Notes under the pieces: generated by a model | Told to the model about the DNA's origin: nothing | Database searches by the model: none | What the model saw: the letters and a program-made list of their open reading frames with translations, nothing else | Translations under genes and position numbers: made by a program | Shown here: piece after piece, positions 41,601 to 59,440 of the stretch | How the letters are laid out: each line of letters opens with the position of its first letter | How positions within the stretch are numbered: the stretch's first letter is position 1 | NCBI GenBank assembly: GCA_964016885.1 | Contig: OZ024740.1 | Location: 31,124,001 to 31,188,000, forward strand | Direction: 5' to 3' | Length of the DNA stretch: 64,000 bases | DNA from: Eledone cirrhosa | Lineage: Eukaryota

Positions 41601-44600
41601 GTGACTCTACAACAGATATACTATCATGACACTATAATAGATATACTACCATGACAATATAACAGATACAATACCATGACACTACAACAGATACACTAGC
41701 ATGACACTATAACAGATACACTAGTATGACACTATAACAGATACACTACCATGACACTATAAGAGATACACTACTATGAGACAATAACAGATACACTACC
41801 ATGACACTATAATACATATACTATTATGACACTATAACAGATACACTAGTGTGACTCTACAACAGATATACTATCATGACACTATAACAGATATACTACC
41901 ATGACAATATAACAGATACAATACCATGACACTACAACAGATACACTAGCATGACACTATAACAGATACACTAGTATGACACTATAACAGATACACTACC
42001 ATGACACTATAAGAGATACACTACTATGACACTATAACAGATACAATACCATGACACAATAACAGATACACTACTATGACACTATAACAGATACAATACC
42101 ATGACACTACAACAGATACACTAGCATGACACTATAACAGATACACTAGTATGACACTATAACAGATACACTACCATGACACTATAAGAGATACACTACT
42201 ATGAAACTATAACAGAAACACTACTATGAAACTATAATACGTATAGTACTATGACACTATAACAGATACACTACTGTGACACTATAACAGATACACTACC
42301 ATGATACTATAACAGATACACTACCATAACACTACAAAAGGTATACTACCATGACACTACAACAGATATACTACCATAACACTACAACAGATATATTACC
42401 ATGACACTATAACAGATACACTACTATGACACTATAACAGATACACTACCATAACACTACAAAAGGTATACTACCATGACACTACAACCGATATACTACC
42501 ATGACACGATAATACACAGATACACTACCATGACACTATAACAGAAACACTACTATGACACTATAATACATATACTACTATGATATTATAACAGATACAC
42601 TACCATGACATTATAACAGATACACTGCCATGACATTATAACAGATACACTGCCATGACACTATAACAGATATACTACCATGACATTATAACAGATACAC
42701 TACCATGACATTATAACAGATACACTACCATGACATTATAACAGATATACTACCATGACACTATAACAGATACACTACTGCAACACTACAAAAGGTATAC
42801 TACCATTACACTACAACCGATATACTACCATGACACTATAACAAACACACTACACATGACACTACAACAGATACACTACCATGACACTACAACAGATACA
42901 CTACCATGACACTATAACAGATATACTAGTATGACACTATAGCAGATATACTACCAAAACACTATAACAGATATACTACTGTGACACGATAACAGATACA
43001 CTACTATAAGACTATAACAGATACACTACCATGACAGATACACTACTATGACACTATAACCAATACACTACCAAGAGACTATAACAGATATACTACTATG
43101 GCACTGTAACAGATATACTACCATGACAATATAACAGATATACTAACATGACTCTATAACAGATATACTACCATAACACTATAACAGATACAATACTATG
43201 ACGCTATAATAGATACACTACCATAACACTATAACAGATACACTACCATGACACTATAACAGATACACTACTAATACACTATAACAGATATACTACTATG
43301 ACACTATAAGAGATATACTACTATGACACTATAACAGATATACTACTATGACACTATAATACACAGATACATTACTATGACTCTATAACAGATATACTAT
43401 CATGACACTATAACAGATACACTACCATGACACTATAACAGTTACACTACCATGACACTTTGACAGATACACTACTATGACACTATAACAGATATACTAC
43501 TATGTGACTATAACAGATATACTACGATGACACTATAACAGATACACTACTATGAGACAATAACAGATACACTACCATGACACTATAATACATATACTAT
43601 TATGACACTATAACAGATACACTAGTGTGACACTACAACAGATATACTATCATGACACTATAATAGATATACTACAATGACACTATAAGAGATACACTAC
43701 TATGATACTATAACAGAAACACTACTATGAAACTATAATACATATACTACTGTGACACTACAACAGATATAATACCATAACACTACAACAGATATACTAC
43801 CATGACACTATAACAGATACACTACTATGACACTATAACAGATACACTACCATGACACTATAACAGATACACTACCATAACACTACAAAAGGTATACTAC
43901 CATGACACTATAATACACAGATACACTACCATGACACTATAACAGATACACTACTATGAAACTATAACAGAAACACTACTATGACACTATAATACATATA
44001 CTACTATGATATGACAGATACACTACTGTGACACTACAACAGATATACTACCATAACACTACAACAGATATACTACCATGACACTATAACAGATACACTA
44101 CTATGACACTATAACAGATACACTACCATGACACTATAACAGATACACTACCATAACACTACCAAGGTATACTACCATGACACTACAACCGATATACTAC
44201 CATGACACTATAATACACAGATACACTACCATGACACTATAACAGATACACTACTATGAAACTATAACAGAAACACTACTATGACACTATAATACATATA
44301 CTACTATGATATAACAGGTACACTACTGTGACACTACAACAGATATACTACCATGACACTATAACAGATACACTACCATGACACTATAACAGATATACTA
44401 CCATGACATTATAACAGATACACTATCATGACATTATAACAGATATACTACCATGACACGATAACAGATACACTACTGCGACACTATAACTGATACACTA
44501 CCATGACATTATAACAGAAACACTACCATGACATTATAACAGATATAATACCATGACATTATAACAGATACACTACCATGATATTATAACAGATACACTA

Positions 44601-47600
44601 CTGCGACACTATAACAGATACACTACCATGACATTATAACAGATACACTTCTATGATACAATAACAGATACACTACCATGACACTATAACAGATATACTA
44701 CCATAACACTACAAAAGGTATACTACCATTACACTACAGCCGATATACTACCATGACACTATAATACACAGATACACTACCATGACACTATAACAGATAC
44801 ACTAGTATGACACTATAACAGATACACTACTATGAGACTATAACAGATTCACTACTATGACACTATAACAGATACACTGCCAAGAGACAATAACAGATAT
44901 ACTACTATGACACTGTAACAGATATACTACCATGACAACATAACAGATATACTACCATGACTCTATAACAGATATACTACCATAACACTATAACAGATAC
45001 AATACTATGACGCTACAGTAGATACACTACCATAACACTATAACAGATACACTGCCATGACACGATAACAGATATACTAATATGACACTATAACAGATAC
45101 ACTACCATGACACTATAACAGATACACTACTATGACACTATAATAGATACACTACTATGACACTATAACAGATACACTACCATGACACTATAATGCATAT
45201 ACTATTATGACACTATAACAGATACACTAGTGTGACACTACAACAGATATACTATCATGACACTATAATAGATATACTACCATGACACTATAACAGATAC
45301 ACTACTATGACACTATAACAGATATACTACCATGACACTATATCAGATACACTACCATGACACAATAACAGATACAATACCATGACACTACAACAGATAC
45401 ACTAGCATGACACTATAACTGATACACTACTATGACACTATAACAGATACACTACCATGACACTATAACAGATACACTACCATGACACTATAATACATAT
45501 ACTATTATGACACTATAACAGATACACTAGTGTGACACTACAACAGATATACTGTCATGACACTATAATAGATATACTACTATGACACTATAACAGATAT
45601 ACTACTATGATACTATAATACACAGATACATTACTATGACTCTATAACAGATATACTATCATGACACTATAACAGATACACTACCATGACATTATAACAG
45701 ATACACTACCATGACACTTTGACAGATACACTACTATTACACTATAACAGATATACTACTATGAGACTATAACAGATATACTACGATGACACTATAACAG
45801 ATACACTACTATGAGACAATAACAGATACACTATCATGACACTATAATACATATACTATTATGACACTATAACAGATACACTAGTGTGACTCTACAACAG
45901 ATATACTATCATGACACTATAATAGATATACTACCATGACAATATAACAGATACAATACCATGACACTACAACAGATACACTAGCATGACACTATAACAG
46001 ATACACTAGTATGACACTATAACAGATACACTACCATGACACTATAAGAGATACACTACTATGAGACAATAACAGATACACTACCATGACACTATAATAC
46101 ATATACTATTATGACACTATAACAGATACACTAGTGTGACTCTACAACAGATATACTATCATGACACTATAACAGATATACTACCATGACAATATAACAG
46201 ATACAATACCATGACACTACAACAGATACACTAGCATGACACTATAACAGATACACTAGTATGACACTATAACAGATACACTACCATGACACTATAAGAG
46301 ATACACTACTATGACACTATAACAGATACAATACCATGACACAATAACAGATACACTACTATGACACTATAACAGATACAATACCATGACACTACAACAG
46401 ATACACTAGCATGACACTATAACAGATACACTAGTATGACACTATAACAGATACACTACCATGACACTATAAGAGATACACTACTATGAAACTATAACAG
46501 AAACACTACTATGAAACTATAATACATATACTACTATGACACTATAACAGATACACTACTGTGACACTATAACAGATACACTACCATGATACTATAACAG
46601 ATACACTACCATAACACTACAAAAGGTATACTACCATGACACTACAACAGATATACTACCATAACACTACAACAGATATATTACCATGACACTATAACAG
46701 ATACACTACTATGACACTATAACAGATACACTACCATAACACTACAAAAGGTATACTACCATGACACTACAACCGATATACTACCATGACACGATAATAC
46801 ACAGATACACTACCATGACACTATAACAGAAACACTACTATGACACTATAATACATATACTACTATGATATTATAACAGATACACTACCATGACATTATA
46901 ACAGATACACTGCCATGACATTATAACAGATACACTGCCATGACACTATAACAGATATACTACCATGACATTATAACAGATACACTACCATGACATTATA
47001 ACAGATACACTACCATGACATTATAACAGATATACTACCATGACACTATAACAGATACACTACTGCAACACTATAACAGGTACACTACCATAACACTACA
47101 AAAGGTATACTACCATTACACTACAACCGATATACTACCATGACACTATAACAAACACACTACACATGACACTACAACAGATACACTACCATGACACTAC
47201 AACAGATACACTACCATGACACTATAACAGATATACTAGTATGACACTATAGCAGATATACTACCAAAACACTATAACAGATATACTACTGTGACACGAT
47301 AACAGATACACTACTATAAGACTATAACAGATACACTACCATGACAGATACACTACTATGACACTATAACCAATACACTACCAAGAGACTATAACAGATA
47401 TACTACTATGGCACTGTAACAGATATACTACCATGACAATATAACAGATATACTAACATGACTCTATAACAGATATACTACCATAACACTATAACAGATA
47501 CAATACTATGACGCTATAATAGATACACTACCATAACACTATAACAGATACACTACCATGACACTATAACAGATACACTACTAATACACTATAACAGATA

Positions 47601-50600
47601 TACTACTATGACACTATAAGAGATATACTACTATGACACTATAACAGATATACTACTATGACACTATAATACACAGATACATTACTATGACTCTATAACA
47701 GATATACTATCATGACACTATAACAGATACACTACCATGACACTATAACAGTTACACTACCATGACACTTTGACAGATACACTACTATGACACTATAACA
47801 GATATACTACTATGTGACTATAACAGATATACTACGATGACACTATAACAGATACACTACTATGAGACAATAACAGATACACTACCATGACACTATAATA
47901 CATATACTATTATGACACTATAACAGATACACTAGTGTGACACTACAACAGATATACTATCATGACACTATAATAGATATACTACAATGACACTATAAGA
48001 GATACACTACTATGATACTATAACAGAAACACTACTATGAAACTATAATACATATACTACTGTGACACTACAACAGATATAATACCATAACACTACAACA
48101 GATATACTACCATGACACTATAACAGATACACTACTATGACACTATAACAGATACACTACCATGACACTATAACAGATACACTACCATAACACTACAAAA
48201 GGTATACTACCATGACACTATAATACACAGATACACTACCATGACACTATAACAGATACACTACTATGAAACTATAACAGAAACACTACTATGACACTAT
48301 AATACATATACTACTATGATATAACAGATACACTACTGTGACACTACAACAGATATACTACCATAACACTACAACAGATATACTACCATGACACTATAAC
48401 AGATACACTACTATGACACTATAACAGATACACTACCATGACACTATAACAGATACACTACCATAACACTACCAAGGTATACTACCATGACACTACAACC
48501 GATATACTACCATGACACTATAATACACAGATACACTACCATGACACTATAACAGATACACTACTATGAAACTATAACAGAAACACTACTATGACACTAT
48601 AATACATATACTACTATGATATAACAGATACACTATCATGACATTATAACAGACATACTACCATGACACGATAACAGATACACTACTGCGACACTATAAC
48701 TGATACACTACCATGACATTATAACAGAAACACTACCATGACATTATAACAGATATAATACCATGACATTATAACAGATATACTACCATGACATTATAAC
48801 AGATACACTACCATGACATTATAACAGATACACTACGATGACATTAAAACAGAAACACTACCATGACATTATAACAGATATAATACCATGACATTATAAC
48901 AGATATAATACCATGACATTATAACAGATACACTACTAGACACTATAATACACAGATACACTACCATGACACTATAACAGATACACTACTGCGACACTAT
49001 AACAGATACACTACTATGACATTATAACAGATATACTACCATGACACTATAACAGATACACTACTGTGACACTATAACAGATACACTACCATGACACTAT
49101 AACAGATACACTATCATAACACTACAAAAGATATACTACCATTACACTACAACCGATATACTACCATGACACTATAACACACAGATACACTACCATGACA
49201 CTATAACAGACACACTAGTATGACACTATAACAGATATACTACCATGACACTATAACAGATATACTAATATGACACTATAACAGATATACTACCATGACA
49301 CTATAACAGATACACTACCATGACACTATAACATATACACTACTATGACACTATAACAGATACACTACCATGACACTATAACAGATACACTAGTATGACA
49401 CTATAACAGATACACTAGTATGACACTATAGCAGATATACTACCAAAACACTATAACAGATATACTACCATGACAGATTCACTACTATGACACTATAATA
49501 GATATACTACCATGACACGATAACAGATACACTACTATGAGACTATAACAGATACACTACCATGACAGATTCACTACTATGACACTATAACAGATACACT
49601 GCCAAGAGACTATAACAGATACACTACTATGACACTGTAACAGATATACTACCATGACAATATAACAGATATACTACCATGACTCTATAACAGATATACT
49701 ACCATAACACTATAACAGATACAATACTATGACGCTACAGTAGATACACTACCATAACACTATAACAGATACACTGCCATGACACGATAACAGATATACT
49801 AATATGACACTACAACAGATATACTAATATGACACTATAACAGATACACTACCATGACACTATAACAGATACACTACCATGACACTATAACAGATACACT
49901 ACTATGACACTATAACAGATACACTACTATGAAACTATAACAGATACACTACCATGACACTATAATACATATACTATTATGACACTATAATACATATACT
50001 ATTATGACACTATAACAGATACACTAGTGTGACACTACAACAGATATACTATCATGACACTATAATAGATATACTACCATGACACCATAACAGATACACT
50101 ACTATGACACTATAACAGATACACTACTATGAAACTATAACAGATACACTATCATGACACTATAATACATATACTATTATGACACTATAACAGATACAAT
50201 ACCATGACACTACAACAGATACACTACCATGACACTATAACAGATACACTACCATGACACTATAATACATATACTATTATGACACTATAACAGATACACT
50301 AGTGTGACACTACAACAGATATACTATCATGACACTATAACAGATACACTAACATGACACTATAACAGATACACTACCATGACACTATAACAGATATACT
50401 ACTATGAGACTATAACAGATATACTACGATGACACTATAACAGATACACTACTATCAGACAATAACAGATACACTACCATGACACTATAATACATATACT
50501 ATTATGACACTATAACAGATACACTAGTGTGACTCTACAACAGATATACTATCATGACACTATAATAGATATACTACCATGACACTATAATAGATACACT

Positions 50601-53600
50601 ACTATGACACTATAACAGATATACTACCATGACAATATAACAGATACAATACCATGACACTACAACAGATACACTAGCATGACACTATAACAGATACACT
50701 AGTATGACACTATAACAGATACACTACCATGACACTATAAGAGATACACTACTATGAAACTATAACAGAAACACTACTATGAAACTATAATACATATACT
50801 ACTATGACACTATAACAGATATACTACCATGACACTATAACAGATACACTACTATGACACTATAACAGATACACTACCATAACACTACAAAAGGTATACT
50901 ACCATGACACTACAACCAATATACTACCATGACACGATAATACACAGATACACTACCATGACACTATAACAGAAACACTACTATGACACTATAATACATA
51001 TACTACTATGATATTATAACAGATACACTACTGTGACATTATAACAGATACACTATCATGACATTATAACAGATACACTACCATGACACTATAACAGATA
51101 CACTATTGCGACACTATAACAGATACACTACCATGACATTATAACAGATACACTGCCATGACATTATAACAGATACACTGCCATGACATTATAACAGATA
51201 CACTACCATGACATTATAACAGATACACTTCTATGATACAATAACAGATACACTACCATGACACTATAACAGATACACTACCATGACATTATAACAGATA
51301 CACTACCATGACATTATAACAGATACACTACCATGACATTAAGACAGGTACACTACCATGACATTATAACAGATATACTACCATGACACTATAACAGATA
51401 CACTACTGCAACACTATAACAGATACACTACCATGACATTATAACAGATACACTTCTATGATACTATAACAGATACACTACCATGACACATTAACAGATA
51501 CACTACCATAACACTACAAAAGGTATACTACCATTACACTACAACCGATATACTATAATACACATAATACACAGATACACTAACATTACACTATAACAGA
51601 TATACTACCATAACACTACAACAGATATACTACCGTGACATTATAACAGATACACTACTATGACACTATAACAGATACACTACTATGACACTATAACTGA
51701 TACACTACCATGATACTATAACAGATACACTAGCATGACACTATAACAGATACACTACTATGACACTATAACAGATATACCACTATGACACTATAACAGA
51801 TATACTAACATGACACTACAACAGATACACTATCATTACACTATAACAGATTCACTAGTATGATACTATAACAGATACACTACTCTGACACTATAACAGA
51901 TACACTACCATGACTCTATAACAGATATACTACTATGACACTATAACAGATACACTACTGTGACACTATAACAGATACACTACTGTGACACTATAACAGA
52001 TACACTAGTATGACACTGTAACAGGTACACTACTATGACACTATAACAGATACACTACTATGACACTATAACAGATACACTACCATGACACTATAACAGA
52101 TAGACTACTATGTCACTATAACAGTTATACTACTATGACACTATAATACACAAATACATTACTATGACTCTATAACAGATATACTACCATGACACTATAA
52201 CAGATACACTACCATGACACTATAACAGATATACTACTATGACACTAGAACAGATATCCAACCATGATACTATAACAGATATACTAACATGACACTATAA
52301 CAGATACACTACCATGACACTATAACAGATACACTACTATGACACTAGAACAGATATCCAACCATGACACTATAACAGATATACTAACATGACACTATAA
52401 CAGATACACTACCATGACACTATAACAGATACACTACTATGACACTAGAACATATATCCAACCATGACACTATAACAGATACACTAGTATGACACTATAA
52501 CAGATACACTACCATGACACTATAACAAATACACTAGTATGACACTATAACAGATATACTACCATGACACTATAACAGATACACTACCATGACACTATAA
52601 CAGATACACTACTATGACACTATAACAAATACACTACTCTGACACTATAACAGATATACTACCATGACACTATAACAGATACACTACCATGACACTATAG
52701 CAGATATACTACCATAACACTATAACAGCTATACTACCATGACACTTTAACAGATATACTACTATGACACTATAACAGATATACTACTATGACACTATAA
52801 CAGATATATTACCATGACACTATAACAGATGCACTACCATGACACTAGAACAGATACACTACTATGAGACTAAAACATATATACTACCATGACACTATAA
52901 CAGATATATTACTATGACACTATAACAGATATACTACCATGACACTATAACAGATATACTAATATGACACTATAACAGATATACTACCATGACACTATAA
53001 CAGATACACTACCATGACATTATAACATTATAACAGATACACTACTATGATATTATAACAAATACTACTATGACACTATAATAGATATACTACCATGACA
53101 CTATAACAGATACACTACTATGACACTATAACAGATATACTACCATGACACTATAATAGATACACTACCATGACATTATAACATTATAACAGATACACAA
53201 CTATGATATTATAACAGATACACTACCATGACACTATCCCAGATATACTACTATTACACTATAACACATACACTACTATGACACAATAACAAATACACTA
53301 TAACAGATATACTACCATGACACTATAACAGATATACTACCATGACACTATAACAGATATACTACCATGACACTATAACAGATATACTATTATGACACTA
53401 TAACAGATACACTACCATAACACTATAACAGATACCCTACCATGACACTATAACAGATACACTACTATGAGACTAAAACATATATACTATCATGACACTA
53501 TAACAGATACATTACTATGACACTATAACAGATATACTACCATGACACTATAACAGATATACTACCATGACACTATAACAGATATACTACCATGACACTA

Positions 53601-56166
53601 TAACAGATATACTACCATGACACTATAACAGATATACTACTATGACACTATAACAGATACACTACCATGACACTATAACAGATACACTACTATGACACTA
53701 TAACAGACATACTACCATGACACTATAACAGATACCCTACCATGACACTATAACAGATACACTACTATGAGACTAAAACATATATACTATCATGACACTA
53801 TAACAGTTACATTACTATGACACTATAACAGATATACTACCATGACACTATAACAGATATACTACCATGACACTATAACAGATATACTACCATGACACTA
53901 TAACAGATATACTACCATGACACTATAACAGATATACTACTATGACACTATAGCAGATACACTACCATGACACTATAACAGATACACTACCATGACACTA
54001 TAACAGATACACTACTATGACAGATACACTACTATGACACTATAACAGATATACTACCATGACACTACAACAGATACACTACTATGACATTATAACAGAT
54101 ATACTACCATGACACTATAACAGATATACTTCCATGACACTATAACAGATATACTACCATTACACTACAACAGATATACTATTATGACACTATAACAGAT
54201 ACACTACCATGACACTATAACAGATACACTACCATAACACTATAACAGATAGACTACTATGTCACTATAACAGTTATACTACTATGACACTATAATACAC
54301 AAATACATTACTATGACTCTATAACAGATATACTACCATGACACTATAACAGATACACTACCATGACACTATAACAGATACACTACTATGACACTAGAAC
54401 AGATATCCAACTATGACACTAGAACAGATATCCAACTATGACACTATAACAGATATACTAACATGACACTATAACAGATACACTAGTATGATACTATAAC
54501 AGATACACTACTCTGACACTATAACAGATACACTACCATGACACTATAACAAATACACTAGTATGACACTATAACAGATATACTACCATGACACTATAAC
54601 AGATACACTACTATGACACTATAGCAGATATACTACCATAACACTATAACAGCTATACTACCATGACACTTTAACAGATATACTACTATGACACTATAAC
54701 AGATATACTACTATGACACTATAACAGATATATTACCATGACACTATAACAGATGCACTACCATGACACTATAACAGATACACTACCATGACACTAGAAC
54801 AGATACACTACTATGACACTATAACAGATATACTACCATAACACTATAACAGCTATACTACCATGACACTTTAACAGATATACTAATATGACACTATAAC
54901 AGATACACTAATATGACACTATAACAGATATACTACCATGACACTATATCAGATACACTACCATCACACTATAACAGATACACTACTATGACATTATAAC
55001 AAATACTACTATGACACTATAATAGATATACTACCATGACACTATAACAGATACACTACTATGACACTATAACAGATATACTACCATGACACTATAACAG
55101 ATACACTACCATGACACTATAACATTATAACAGATACACTACTATGATATTATAACAGATACACTACCATGACACTATCCCAGATACACTACTATTACAC
55201 TATAACAGATACACTACTATGACACTATAACAAATACACTATAACAGATATACTACCATGACACTATAACAGATATACTACCATGACACTATAACAGATA
55301 TACTACCATGACACTATAACAGATATACTACCATGACACTATAACAGATATACTACTATGACACTATAACAGATACACTACCATGACACTACAGCAGATA
55401 CACTACTATGACACTATAACAGATACACTACTATGGCACTATAACAGATATACTACCATGACACTATAACAGATACACTACCATGACACTATAACAGATA
55501 CACTACTATGAGACTAAAACAGATACACTACTATGACACTATAACAGATATACTACCATGACACTATAACAGATACACTACCATGACACTATAACAGATA
55601 TACTACCATAACAGATACACTACCATGACACTATAACAGATATACTACCATAACAGTATAACAGATACACTACCATGACACTACAACAGATACACTACCA
55701 TGACACTATAACAGATACACTACTATGACACTATAACAGATACACTACTATGACACTATAACAGATATACTACCATGACACTACAACAGATACACTACTA
55801 TGACATTATAACAGATATACTACCATGACACTATAACAGATATACTTCCATGACACTATAACAGATATACTACCATTACACTATAACAGATATACTACCA
55901 TGACACTATAACAGATATACTACCATTACACTATAACAGATATACTATTATGACACTATAACAGATACACTACCATAACAGTATAACAGATACACTACCA
56001 TGACACTATAACAGATACACTAGCATGACACTATAACAGATACACTACCATGACACTATAACAGATACACTACTATGACACTCTAACAGATATACTACTA
56101 TGACACTATAACAGATACACTACTATGACACTATAATACTCAGATACACTACCATGACACTATAAT
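29628..56166 (+). repeat. Giant 25-bp tandem satellite (CTATAACAGATAYACTACYATGACA)n, about 26.5 kb and on the order of 1050 units
   Basis: Uninterrupted 25-nt periodicity with recurrent 28-nt and shorter variants. No ORF on either strand. Degenerate units trail to ~56310. Confidence 0.99.
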
Positions 56167-57015
56167 CTGTTATCATAATCTACTGCTTGACTATTATGAC
56201 ATCAAAATGTATAATATATATTATAGTGTTCTACTATACTGACATATCAATATGATGTGTATAATTTATGAGAATAGATTCATATACAGCACTAACATGT
56301 CACTCTAAGAAAATGATACGTCACGAGAATAGCCTATTTTTTATATAGCATGATAAATTAGGTATAATTGGGTGATCAGGAATATCACTATTCCTGGCCT
56401 GCTTGACAATTGCTGTACTTCTGTGATTGTGTGAGTGAGCGTATGTGTCCTATTTTTTTGTTACATAATCAAACGTAACAATTGCTTGTCTTTAATATGA
56501 TAACAGCTTGTTTTAGTTGTTAAACATTTAGTAATTCAACCATAACAACCAGTAATACCAACTATCTCACAAACAAATATAAAATTCGGGTAAACTTATG
56601 AAGACGTTGATGCTGTAGAGGTGAATGACTGACAGCGTCAACAATGACAATGTTGACGGGGACGGCGTTGGTGGTGGTTGATGGATGAAGAAGAAAATAT
56701 TAACAAAATCAGCAACAACTATGATGATGATGATGGTGGTGGCGGTGGTGATGATGTGAAACAGGAGGATGGCTGATGATCATGACAATGATTACAACAG
56801 CCACTGCCGTGCCCCCTCACAGTATTATCAATTTGTTTCTGCAAGTATATTAACCCAACAAGTGGTTCAGTACTACCGGCTTGGTTTGACAACTTAACCT
56901 CCTCGGTGAATGTAGCTTGCTCGAAAAGTTTAAATGTATAACTCAACTGCTTTGACGTGTAAACACAGTACATTGGTGCAACAAATTGATATGAATTTGT
57001 TTTTAGAAAATGAAC

Positions 57016-57208
57016 GAATCCCAAACGCAGAAAAGACTATAACAACAGTCGATTGATACAAATAATAGCTTAGAAAATCAGGTAAAATCCCTCTATGGTC
57101 GGGAAAAGTCGCTACTTTTTTCAGTCCATAGAGGTATTTTACCCGATTTTCTAAGCTAATATGTATAGCAATCGACTGTTGTTAAAGGCTTTGCTGCGTT
57201 TGGGCTTC
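57016..57208. repeat. ~190-bp imperfect palindrome (long hairpin)
   Basis: Arms CCCAAACGCAG..TAACAACAGTCGATTG..TAGCTTAGAAAATC..CCTCTATGG and their reverse complements around a ~4-nt loop near 57110. Confidence 0.9.
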
Positions 57209-57924
57209 CTATATTTACTAAGACTTTCACATCACCTCGATAGTTTATATAGAACTGTTGATATGTCAACAGTTCTTCTCTCCAAACTTCTGTTATAGTA
57301 CAACTAAATGTACTGTGAACTGCTCGACAGACAAAATTCACACGTTGTTTCATGTTTACTTTTTTCCAACAGTTCCCTTTCTTCACCGCTGCAGCACACA
57401 ACACGACAGTAGTGGGGAATTTGCCAAACATTTTACATACTACAGATACCTGTATGTTTGCCTACCTGAACCCCCCTCTCTGTATAAATACCACAGAAAT
57501 GAAATTAACACACCCACATAGACTTGGTGTACGTGTGTGTTTCTATTCATTCGCTATGACATGCACATATATACAGAGAGATATATAATTCTTCCACTTC
57601 ACCACAAAGCCATTCACCTTGTTGTTTTATGGTAGTTACCAATATACAAAATTGTTTTATTCTCAATGGGTTTGAGTATTGGGATAATTGTAACTATGTC
57701 GAGTTGTTTACTGACATATAAGACACGTGGTAATGGTTGTTGTTTAGCCACAGACCAACCATGGCCAAGTAAACTTATAATCAAAGATGTTATTTCTGTC
57801 CTTTTTACTTTTCTAGAAATAGTGTATGTAGAATCACATTCTCCAATATATTCTACTATGAAATGGCCTTATTTTATTGATTTATTTACATGTCGGTTTA
57901 TAATTTCTATATTGTTTCTTTATT

Positions 57925-58076
57925 ATCAGATTGAATACTCAGTTTAAATCCCAACTTCGCCTTTTATCCTTCTGGGGTCGATAAAATAAAGTAGCAGTCA
58001 AGTACTATGGTCGATTTAATCAACTTTCCCCCTTCCACAAATTGCTAGTTTTGTGTCTAAATTAGAAATAATTATT
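57925..58076 (+). mobile_element. Meta-domain-like SINE (partial)
   Basis: TCCTTCTGGGGTCGATAAAATAAAGTAGCAG body. Confidence 0.7.
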
Positions 58077-59344
58077 AGATTGAATTAAAGCCTATTCTTT
58101 ACTGAAACTAATGGTTACTGGTTGCAATATGTTCTTTTTTTAAAGACAGTTGGGTATAATTTGAGGGAATTTTGGCTATTATTTCTAGCAAGTCGAGTGA
58201 TATCATAGAGGCCTGCTTCTTTAGCTGGTGGTTGTGTTGCTGGTATGTTATGTATAAGTATTTTCATCACCAACAAAATATTGTTTGTACTTTAGATTTA
58301 CATGTGGTTTATGTTGTTTACAAAACTATTGCGTTGTTTCAACAACACCGCGAATAGAGTTTACTGTGGCTTACTAACATAAATAAAAACTAAATAAAAA
58401 TACATCACCGAGACAAACAAACAGCTGAAACAATTAAAAAGAATATTAAATATAAATGTTATCGTTATTTGTCTCGGAACAAGAATTAATATTTTTTAAA
58501 TAGTGAAATGAATATATAAAAGGAGTGATTAAAATAGTAATAATTCTTGAACTTTTAACATTATATTCATTTATGCCAACATACTTCTCAGAATATTTCT
58601 CCGAGAACAAATAATCTTTGCCTTCCTTAATTTTCTGTTAAAATACAACTACATATTCACTCACATGCTAGTTAGTCTACATCTATGAAAGATATTTTCG
58701 ATTGACGGGCAAACCCAAATTTCCAGACTCCACCCTCACATTTATTATTAACCTTTATCTTCTATGTGTTGTTTTTTCCCGTTTTATCTACAATAACCTT
58801 TCGAACTTGAGAAACCGATGCCATTCCTATTAAATACATTCACTGCATTTCTTAGTTTCAACAAGTTTGTTGCATCTCACCTCTGAAATCAGACCAAAAC
58901 ACTTTCCACGAAGTCTATCCTACAATTCTAATTTAATGGAACCATCCTTGCCCATGTCGTTTCCCCAACCTCAAACAATTTAGATTATCATTTACTACAC
59001 TCACCTCAATCAGCTCTACTGACCCCAGTCTAGAGCAACCAAAGGTCAGGGGTATAGTTCTTCCACTTCGTATTAACAAAGAAATAATACATCTATATCA
59101 TTACAATTGAATTCAAAGGTCAGTTAGTGAAGCTAGTGTAGCAAACATCTTTCAATAGCTATCTACGAAATATGAGAAAGTACTGCCTCCCTAATCAGAC
59201 ATGAATTAACAAAGCTGGTTTAAACTAGAGGCTAAATAAAACAACAAAATCCTTAGTGATGTCAGTGGATATACAAATCGATTAAAACAAAGGGTACAAT
59301 ATTCCAATACAAAAGAAATGAAACGAAACATGAGTACAATGTAA

Positions 59345-59440
59345 AATAATTGTTTCTACTTTAGGCACAAGGCCAGCATTTACTCAGTGCATTACTGGTA
59401 CTTTATTTTATCGACCCCGTAAGGATGAAAGGCAAAGTTA
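59345..59440 (-). mobile_element. Meta-domain-like SINE, 3' part
   Basis: Nearly identical to 63288-63382. Confidence 0.75.

Noticed and set aside
29628-56166. CRISPR-like array or repetitive protein gene
   Set aside because: Units are contiguous with no unique spacers and there are no cas genes. The 25-nt unit carries stops on both strands, and the ORF track is empty here.
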